From Octopus bimaculoides (lineage: Eukaryota), in NCBI RefSeq assembly GCF_001194135.2, contig NC_068981.1, positions 39,827,920 to 39,887,318 on the forward strand: 59,399 bases of DNA. Direction: 5' to 3'. Below the pieces are notes generated by a model. That model did not search any database. It worked only from the letters and a program-made list of their open reading frames with translations, and was not told the origin of the DNA. This document shows, piece after piece, positions 50,110-59,399 of this stretch. Positions within the stretch are counted from its first letter, which is position 1; each line of letters begins with the position of its first letter. A program made the position numbers and the translations under genes.

Positions 50110-51830
50110 TCTTTGTTGTGGAAGGATTTCGACCGCTCCCACCCCCAAGTGACTGAAGATGGACTGTTTCATTGTTATAAAAGAAAGACTTGTGTGCGAC
50201 TGGCAGTTCGGGTTGGTAAGCAGTTAACTGTAAGCCGTCGGCTGAGAGCGTTGAATCTCGTGTAATAGCAATAGTAGTGCATCGTGTAAATACTTTCTTT
50301 ACCCCTTGCTTCATTGTATTATATATCCAGCATACAAGGATATAAAAGTGGCGACGAGTTGTTCGAAGCTTGCGCCGGACGTTTAAATTTGTTTATTTTT
50401 TATTTTGGTACGAAACCAAAGAAAAAATCGTTTAACACGGAAGATTTATCGGCCGCCATGATGCAGTTACAACAGCAACAGTAGCAGCAACAACGGTAAC
50501 AACGGCAGCAACTACAACAACAATTACAACAACAACAGCAACAACAAAAAAGCCAACAGTTGCTGGTATTAATGTTGAAGAAGTCTGAAAATACTTCAGG
50601 TTCTTATTCGCCAGACAGTGTAGCAAAGTCAATTGAAGAATTCAGCTATAAACCAGAAGAAGGGATCACTTTCTCTGCATATTTTCGAAGATACGAAGAA
50701 ATCTTTAAAGAAGAGTGTAAAAGTTGGTCCGACGAGAAGAAATACGACTACTTTTAAGAAAGTTATCCCCTGCCGAACACGAAACATATAGTAATTATAT
50801 TCTGCCGAAGAAACCAGGTGAGATGAAACAATATTTTATCGAAAATACTCAGTGAAAGAAGTTCCCTGTTCAATACGCGTTGGCAATGTTTAAATTTGAT
50901 CAAAAAAGATGGTGATTTCGTCACTTATGCCGGAATGGTTAATAGAGAGTGAGAAATTCAAATTGAATGAGTTGATCCCGAATATGTTCAAGTGCTTAAT
51001 TTTTATTCAAGGGCTTACTGCAAACAAAGATGCAGATATACGCTCCTGGATATTAAAGAAAATTAGAACAGGACCGAAATTTAACTTTGCAAACAGTAGC
51101 AGAAGAATGTCAGAGGATTATAAATCTACGACATGACGCAGATGAAATTGAAGAGAAAGATAGCGCGCATGTTCAAGCGTGTCGACCGGTAACGAATAAG
51201 AAACAAGAGAAAAAAATGTTAAAACCAAAGCCATGTTATGGGGGCAGTGGTCTACAGTTTAGAAATAACTGTCCGTTTAAAAATATAAAATGCTTCAAGT
51301 GTGGTAAAATAGGCCATAAAAAGTCGCACTGTAAGACAGAACCTAAAGGGTAATTCAACAGAAAAAATCTCGTAAGCGGATTAACGGTGACAAAAAATAC
51401 GAACGAGCCTCAGAGGAAATTTGTGTATGTAAAAATTAATAAGTGGAGGCGCAATGGCCCAGTGGTTAGGGCAGCGGACTCGCGGTCGGAGGATCGCGGT
51501 TTCGCTTCCCAGACCGGGCGTTGTGTGTGTTTATTGAGCGAAGACACCTAAGCTCCACGAGGCTCCGGCAGGGGGGGGCGACCCTTGTTGTACTCTTTCG
51601 CCCCAACTTTCTCTCACTGTTTTCTGAGTAAAGCTGCGATGGACTGGCGTCCCGTCCAGCTGGTGGGGAGGACACATACGCCAAAGAAACCGGGAAACTG
51701 GGCCCATGAGCCTGGCTAGGCTTTAAAAGGGCGCATAAATAAAAAAAAATTAATAACACAAACGTAAAGTTACCATTGGATACGGGCAGCAATATCTCGA
51801 TAGTAAACACCAGAAGACGGAGAACAGAAA
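50110..51830 (+). mobile_element. Gypsy (Mag-like) LTR retrotransposon: probable 5' LTR, PBS, gag, protease start; disrupted
   Basis: PBS-like TGGCGACGAG at ~50350; FSYKPEEGITFSAYFRRYE; SLFNTRWQCL; FKCLIFIQGL; CFKCGKIGHKKSHC; LDTGS protease motif. Confidence 0.9.
51443..51744 (+). mobile_element. Young tRNA-derived SINE inserted in the Gypsy protease
   Basis: A box TGGCCCAGTGG, B box GGTTTCGCTTCC, A-rich tail, TSD AAAAATTAATAA (51431-51442; 51745-51756). Removing it restores RKFVYVKINNTNVKLPLDTGS. Confidence 0.92.
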
Positions 51831-52081
51831 CTCTGGAATTGAATTCTAAGCGCAAAAGATATCAAAACTCTGAGCGGAGTTCAATTCTCACCCACACCTG
51901 CTAGAATACTGCTACTGTTTGTTGTTATAGTTGTTGTTACTTAACCCCAGTTCAATTGTGCTTGAGGCATATTCGAACCTGTGAAAAAGCTATTCACTAT
52001 GTTTTGTCATGAAGAGAATTTCTCGCTGTAGACATATGGTGTAAATACAGCAAAATCAGCGTGCAGCGCCACCTACCCAGA

Positions 52082-52129
52082 CTGTGAGACGCAAGCGTTT
52101 CGGAGTGTTTATCTCCTCTTCAGTCACAG
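52082..52129 (-). ncRNA. Canonical type I hammerhead ribozyme
   Basis: CTGTGA-CTGAAGA-GGAG(ATAAACA)CTCC-GAAA-CGC(TT)GCG-TC-TCACAG: all core nucleotides present, G10.1-C11.1, GUC triplet, 6 bp stem I. Confidence 0.92.
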
Positions 52130-52199
52130 GAACCGGACAAAGTGCGCTGTGAGCTGAAAAGAGCGATTGTCTTTCTTATGATATTCTCGTTATCGTATA

Positions 52200-52830
52200 A
52201 TGACTGGTAGCGTACATTGACTGTTAGGAGGCAGTGAAGCAGAACTCCAGAAACTCACCACTAAACTGAAGAAAGTATCAGGAGTATCCGGGCTGGAGAT
52301 CAGTCCAGAAAAAGAGCAATATTCTAGTTAAAAGAAACTAACATGCTGAACGGAGAGAGACTTGACGAAGTAGGCATCTTCAAGTATTTAGGATCCACTT
52401 TGATCAAGGTGGGCAGACCTTAAAAGGAATAACAAGTCTCAGTTTGGCCTCTGCTGCCACAACGAAGCTGAAAAACCAGATGGAAATCATTTCTATTAGT
52501 TTTCCAACGGGACTCTAAGTGTACAAGTTCCTGATGAATTCGATTCTTCTCTTTGGGTGTGAGAGCTGGACTCTTACAGCTTACATAGAACGGAGTACCC
52601 AGGCATTTGAGCACAAGTTCTGTGTACGCATTCCGTTCACAGAACACAAAACGAACAGCTTTGTCAGACAGCAGGTCAAACAAATACGTTGGCGGACAGG
52701 AATTACTCCTTGCGCAGGTAAAAAAAGACGAAAGTCTGCCTGGCACTGTCACGTATCCCGCCGCAACTCACAGTTTAAAATCTTCCTTCAGAGCACAGCT
52801 GAGGGCGGGCGAACGACAGAGAAAATCCTG
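52200..52830 (+). mobile_element. RTE LINE 3' part
   Basis: FKYLGS; LLFGCESWTL; QAFEHKF; EHKTNSFVRQQV; ILQ.T.EG.R pattern. Confidence 0.8.
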
Positions 52831-53290
52831 ATCTGTTATGTATGTGTATATAAACATGTAAACATGTGTATCTCTATGGACATAGATTTGCATGTATGAG
52901 TTTCATATGAAAATAAATGTTATACATTATATAAATATATACATAAATACATGAAACGGGTTCTACTCGCTGTGAATAATATTAAGATAATCTATACGTT
53001 TACACACGCAACCATAGTTTCACACACGTATGTAAAAAGACGTATAAACATTGCCAAACACACACACACACACTACAGTGTGTGTATATGTGTGTGTGTG
53101 GAGTGTGCGTGTGTATGTGTGAGGAACAGACAGATAAACACACAGACAGACAAAGAAAAGAAAGGTGTCGTATTAACGTTTGTATGTACGAAATAATTAG
53201 CGAGTTAACGGTAGCATTTTATATAAACTTGTTTTGATGTGTGTGTTTGTGTGTGTGTGTGTGTGTGTATGCACACACACATATATATCT

Positions 53291-53329
<39 letters not shown>

Positions 53330-53871
53330 NNNNNNNNNNNNNNNNNNNNNNNNNNNNNNNNNNNNNNNNNNNNNNNNNNNNNNNNNNNNNNNNNNNNNNN
53401 NNNNNNNNNNNNNNNNNNNNNNNNNNNNNNNNNNNNNNNNNNNNNNNNNNNNNNNNNNNNNNNNNNNNNNNNNNNNNNNNNNNNNNNNNNNNNNNNNNNN
53501 NNNNNNNNNNNNNNNNNNNNNNNNNNNNNNNNNNNNNNNNNNNNNNNNNNNNNNNNNNNNNNNNNNNNNNNNNNNNNNNNNNNNNNNNNNNNNNNNNNNN
53601 NNNNNNNNNNNNNNNNNNNNNNNNNNNNNNNNNNNNNNNNNNNNNNNNNNNNNNNNNNNNNNNNNNNNNNNNNNNNNNNNNNNNNNNNNNNNNNNNNNNN
53701 NNNNNNNNNNNNNNNNNNNNNNNNNNNNNNNNNNNNNNNNNNNNNNNNNNNNNNNNNNNNNNNNNNNNNNNNNNNNNNNNNNNNNNNNNNNNNNNNNNNN
53801 NNNNNNNNNNNNNNNNNNNNNNNNNNNNNNNNNNNNNNNNNNNNNNNNNTGTATGTATGTATGTATGTATG

Positions 53872-53908
<37 letters not shown>

Positions 53909-55024
53909 CAAAGAAAGTTAGACGTTGTGAATCCAACCAACTAAGGGATAATATCTATCCAATATACTGCTGGTAGGATACCCAGTTAATACACAAGTGT
54001 TGGTTATTGCGTGGCAGTTACCCAACTGAGTATATTAATTAGGCGAGGGTAATAAGTGGTTTTACCCTTAATTTATATGGCAAGAAGAAAATGGAGGGAA
54101 TCCAGAGGTAGTATTCATCAGTTGTTAGCCATTATAATATGTCTATTTATTTTAAACACTTCAGAAAATATATGAATACATGTGTAAAGTATTAGTAATT
54201 TCTAGAATAGAGAAAGAACAGTTTCTTACAGCTGTACAAAAAAAAAAAAAGTATTTTTCGTATAATAAAATTATAACCAATTTATTGCACATAAAATTTA
54301 ACAACAATATCTTATATGGACCCCCACAAGAGTCACATGGATCCTGTTTGAGAATCACTGGTTTAGTCAAGCAAATCGACCCCAACGCTAATTTATAAAA
54401 TAAGAACATATGCCGTTTTCTTCGACTAAATCCCTTCAAGGATGTACCCCAGCATGACCGCAAATCCAGTGACTGAAACATGTACAAGATAAAAGATACT
54501 TCACAATTCTTATATTGCGATACATGCAATTGTGTGTTTGTGTATGTGTGTGCGCATGCAAACGTGTTTGTGTGTGTACTTGCTTGTGTGTGTGTGTGAG
54601 AGAGAGAGTGTGAGTGTGTGTATGTATGTGTTTTAAATAAACGCTCCCACGTTCCCACTGATGATACATAGTTATTAACCCCCTTTTTCTATCAACTTCT
54701 CATTATTTCCGTTTTCGAACTTTCTCCGTTCAATGTGTCTTCTCCGCCATCACCACCAGCTTCGCTTCCTGTCACTTCCTATGACTTCCTATCACTTCCT
54801 GTTACTCTTTATCCTGAAGGCCTTAAACCAGAAACGGCAATAATAGCTACTTTTAACTGCCTTTTATAGGGTCTGTTGTAGGGTCTATTGTTTTTGTCGT
54901 TGTTTTCATTTTCTTCAAGGAATGTCCCCTTCTTTTCCAATTGCTAGTTCTTATTCTTTTCTTTATTATTTTTTTTTAATATTTTTTGTTTTTAATTCTT
55001 CACCTATTTTCTCATTTAATCTGT

Positions 55025-55201
55025 TTTCCTTCTCTCTCTCCCTCTTTCTTTCTTTCCTTCTTTCTTTCTTTCTTTCCTTCTCTCTCTTTCTCTCTCTCTC
55101 TTTCTTTCATACACACTCACCAGTTCTCTCCTTCGGCCTGTCTCACGCAGTTACGAGCTCTTTCTCTTTTACTCATTCTTTGTCTCTTTCTCTCTCTCTC
55201 T

Positions 55202-55245
<44 letters not shown>

Positions 55246-55255
55246 NNNNNNNNNN

Positions 55256-55289
<34 letters not shown>

Positions 55290-55565
55290 AACAAACACAC
55301 ACACACAAGCACACCCTACTCTTCATTCCTATTTCTTTCTCTGCCTCTTTTGTCTTTCTTCTTCTTTCTCTCTCTCAGTCTCTCTTACCTTCTCTTTATG
55401 CCTGCCTCTTTCTTTCACACACTTGTTTTCTCTATCTCTCTGTCACACGTCCACACATGCTATCTCTCTCTCTCTTTCTCTCTAATTATCTCTGTTTCTC
55501 TTTCCCGCACACCCTTTTTCCTTCTCTCTCTCTCCCCTCCCCAACTTCTCTCTTCCTCTCTCCCC
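55025..55565. repeat. CT-rich / (CA)n simple repeats
   Basis: Direct. Confidence 0.9.
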
Positions 55566-56079
55566 GAACAAACTAAATACTAACATGATACCGTACCAGT
55601 CATACCCACGGTGATGACGCCTCACAACAACCAAATTTCTTTCAAATCACACTTGCTCATACATACGTACAGGTTAAGAAACATCATATCTGACAAAAAA
55701 TATGAAACACGTGATGGTCACAACTTGGATAGTTTTGATCATATGTCTCCTAGACCAGGCCTGACCTAGGGCTAAACAGCTGTCATCATAACTACATATT
55801 ATCACCTCAAACACACCCCTTTATTGCTAAATCTTTTACTTATGATCATACCCACCCCACATGGTTTGATGTGTCTTATTTTTATCTTTTGTCTTTTACT
55901 GGTTTCGCTCCAGTAAAAGACAGAATTTTTAGTGTTCTATTTAATTTGTTGAAACGCAGGAAAGAGTTGCTGCGATTCTGCATTGAAAGAGTTTTAGTCA
56001 AAAGAAGTGGGACGATAGTTGAAAAAATGTTTGGGACAATCTGTCTATCTATCTATCCATCCATCTGTTTATGAGTGTA

Positions 56080-57230
56080 TTTCTATAGCTATCTGTCAAC
56101 GGGCCACGAGCCTTCTCCAGACATTCCAGTTGCTCATGTTCCTCTTAGCTCCACTCGTACCAACTACCGGAACGTCCTGTGTCATGTCTTCCTTAATCTT
56201 CCCCTCGGCCTTTTTCCTCCTCCTGGCGTCCATTCCATCATGACGGCAGCATGTCTCTCCGCTGATAACTGAAGTACATGGCCAATAAACCGTATCCACC
56301 TCATAGTCGTCATGTCCTGCAAACTTCCTATGCCTGTTCTTCTCGTCACCTCTGTCTCATTCTGTCCTAGTGACAACCACCCAGGATTGAACATAGGCAA
56401 CGACGACGGTAAACCCTGTCGAGCAATTGAGTGCTCTTCATAGTCTTCTTCCAGGTTTCATAGGCGTAGATGGTTGTCGGTAGACGACATAATTGCAGCT
56501 TTATCATTTTACTAATGGTTTTCGATCTCCACATAGAACGAAGGAGTTGGAATACTGATATTGCTTTGCCAATATTGGTCTTCACTTCAAATTCTGCATC
56601 AATTTCTTTGGAAGTTGTGCTTGGGCGCCACCAATTGACAAGGCTTTGGTCTTTTCAGCGCTAATTTGCAGTTATCTGCAAAATCCAAACCCATCAATCT
56701 GTTCATTCCTCCACGTTATTCCAAACCTGGTGTTATCCATTGCTTTCTGCATGATAAAGTCAATCGCGATCAGAAACACAAACGGTGACAAGATGCAACC
56801 CTGACTCACTCTGGTAGTAAATTAGAACATATCGAAAACTGTGAGTTCCAATACAGAGATTTAAAGATGTTAATATACCTGCTTGGGGACCCATACATTT
56901 TCAAGATATTTCAGAGTGCATCTCGGTGAACATTGTCAAAATGCTTTCTTAAAAGTCGATGACATTAATAAACGGTTGCACTCTACGTTCTCTGCCTTGC
57001 TCGATTATATTCCGCAACACGAAGACTTGTTCCATACAAGACTTGCCACTACGAAAACTTGCCTGCTCCTTTCCCTAACACAACATCAATTTCCTTCTTT
57101 AATCTATTCATCAAAACACTGCAAAGAATTTTGCCAGGCACGGATAACGGTGTAATGCCACGCCAAATGTTACCATCCACCAGATTACTTCTTTTAGAAA
57201 TTGGGATCAAGATATTCTTACTGAACATCT
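56080..57230 (-). mobile_element. RTE LINE RT and post-RT, disrupted
   Basis: ITPLSVPGKILC; EQA.FRSGKSC; QGCILSPFVF; LDFADN; YAYETW; RWIRFIGHVL; GGKRPRGR. Confidence 0.9.
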
Positions 57231-58504
57231 ATCAATATATGAATATATCTCGTGCTAACGATCCTGCTAGCTCGCCGCCTTTAATGGTTTCAAATTTTGG
57301 CAGCACAAGACCAGCAAGTTCGAGGAAGAAGGCAAGTCAATTACATTGACCCCATTGCTCAGCTAGTATTTATTTTATTGACCCTGAACGAATGAAAGGC
57401 AGAGTCGACCTTGGCAGAATTTGAACTCAGAACATAAAGACAGACGAAACGCCGCTAAGCATTTTGCCCGTTGTCATATCGATTCTACCAATTTTCCGCC
57501 TTACTAGTATCCAATATATCCATGGTGTAGAACTTACACCGACCGCACTGCGGTGGAAGGCGTAAAAGCATCGGACGACGTCCCAGAAGAATTTCTTAGG
57601 CACAAGATTAGATACAATTTTTTTTCCGGGATCATTAGATGAAATCGTCTTTCGTTCTTGACTAATTCTTTATTTTATTGTCCCTTGGAAGGATAAAAGG
57701 CAAAGTCGAGTTCGTGGAATTTGAATTCACAGCGTAGAGATCTTTGGTTAAATACCACAAAGAAACTTTGTCCGACTTTCTACCGATTGTGCCAACGCAC
57801 AGCGCCTTGACGTTCTACGTGGGCCATTATCAACATTATATTACAAACCTACAGAGAGAAGAATGGTGTATAGGAGAGAGGGACTTCTTTATTCTTTTCT
57901 TGTTAGGGGGAGGAAGATGAATGGGGGGGGGTGATTAGGGCAAAGAAGTCTATCATCAGCTCCTCACCCACCCGTTTTCTTTACTTCTACCCACATTAGC
58001 ACCCTATGACCTACACAGCTACTCTCCAACTCCTCCTCCTCCCCTTCTAATGTATCAAAATATAATCCACCCCATAAACCCCCTATAGACACAGAGTTGG
58101 TCTTGCAGGCAATCTAAAAGCTTTTGTTGGCGATGTTGTTGTTACTGGTGGAGGTATTGATGCTGCTGCTGCTGTTGCAGTTGTGGCTGTTATTTTAAAT
58201 GTATCTGATGCTTATACGAAGCAAGTTTGATCATTAATGGCAAAGATGATGAGGAGAGAGAGAGAGGGAGAGAGAGAGGGAGGGAGAGAGGAGCCATCGT
58301 CCTGTCTATACCACATCTTGTAGACATTATTAAACCTAATGAAAACGCTTGTTTCCTTCAGCACAATTAAGGGACAAATTCTCTGTCTGGCCACTGTTGT
58401 TTTGGGGGAATTCTTTGGAGTTTGGTTGGGGGTTAGAAGTGTTAGGTTTCTTCCTTGATTCTTTTTTTGGGGGTTTTTCGCTCCGTTTATGATCTGTACT
58501 CGAA

Positions 58505-58766
58505 TGCGTTGGTGTTGTTATTGCTGCTGTTGCTGCTGCTGTTGCTGCTGCTGCTCTAACTCACGGTTGTTGCAGTAGGTCTTTCTGCCTCCACCAACAG
58601 CACTGCCACCGTCATTATCGTCATCGTCATCATCACCGCCAGCTTTAATTCTGCAATCATCACCACCACCACCACCACCACCACAATCACCATCGTACGC
58701 ATCATCTTTGTTACAACCATCATTTTCATCCTTCGCAGCAGCGGTATAGACACCACCACCAACACT

Positions 58767-58806
<40 letters not shown>

Positions 58807-59065
58807 CCATCATCATCATCACCATCACCATCATCACCATCATCATCATCATCATCACCATCATCATCACCATCATCATCGTCATCATCATCAACATCAT
58901 ATAAGCATCATCATCGTCAACGTCCTCGACACTTCACAATGATCGTTATCCCCACCACCACCACCACCACCACCACCACCACTATCGTCATCATTGTCAT
59001 CTTTCCTACAATCACCACTATCACCATCATCATCATCATCACCACTACCACCATCATCATCACCA
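58505..59065. repeat. CAT/CAC/GCT trinucleotide repeat block
   Basis: Direct; produces the poly-M/V/D pseudo-ORFs. Confidence 0.95.
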
Positions 59066-59165
59066 TTGCCACAAAGTATTAGCAAATGTATTTTTACCTT
59101 TTGTTCTCCACTTAATCTCTCTCCTTCTCTCTCTCTTCCTCTCTTCCTCTTCCTCTCTTTCACCC

Positions 59166-59196
<31 letters not shown>

Positions 59197-59399
59197 ATGA
59201 ACAACTCTACTCGTATCTACCCTAAACATTTAACCTATTAAGATATTTCCTCTTCCTCATTTATATACCTACATATCTATATATATATATATGTATATAC
59301 ACTCACATACATATATATGTGTGTATGTATATCTTATATATACAATATATATACATATGTATATATATACGTATGAATATAATATATATATTACATATA

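Noticed and set aside
54808-54845. CTGAAGGCCTTAAACCAGAAACGGC hammerhead-like sequence
   Set aside because: Core mutated; stems I-III do not pair.
57901-57940. TTAGGG/G-run cluster (telomere- or G4-like)
   Set aside because: Only two separated TTAGGG units in a G-rich patch; no array.
142-59229. Numerous ORFs made of CV/TH/YI/LS/poly-M repeats or X runs
   Set aside because: Translations of microsatellites and N gaps, not genes.
1-59399. CRISPR arrays, rRNA, true tRNA genes, prokaryotic systems
   Set aside because: No repeat-spacer arrays or rRNA-like sequence; tRNA-like boxes are SINE heads without a full cloverleaf.

Overview
Repeat-saturated, AT-rich animal genomic DNA with many N gaps. 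The SINE-like and microsatellite repertoire resembles Octopus; this is an inference from recalled repeat sequences, not a search. Most of the window is intronic or intergenic: microsatellites and decayed mobile elements (R4/Dong, RTE, I-group and Penelope-like retroelements, Tc1 and mariner, a Mag-like Gypsy LTR element, SINEs). The only fairly convincing host coding sequence is a + strand exon cluster at 48.9-50.0 kb of an unidentified protein; a few weaker exon candidates lie elsewhere, including a signal-peptide-like exon on the - strand at 24.5 kb. The most interesting signal is a set of type I hammerhead ribozyme (HHR) motifs read by hand: a canonical one at 52082-52129(-), minimal ones at 7305-7361(+) and 37088-37190(-), and mirror-image pairs in the two arms of 290-400 bp palindromes (47751-48038; 16332-16729, both cores mutated). 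Their helix III sequences differ but stay self-complementary, and most sit beside (TA)n tracts or gaps. All coordinates were counted manually; element boundaries are approximate.
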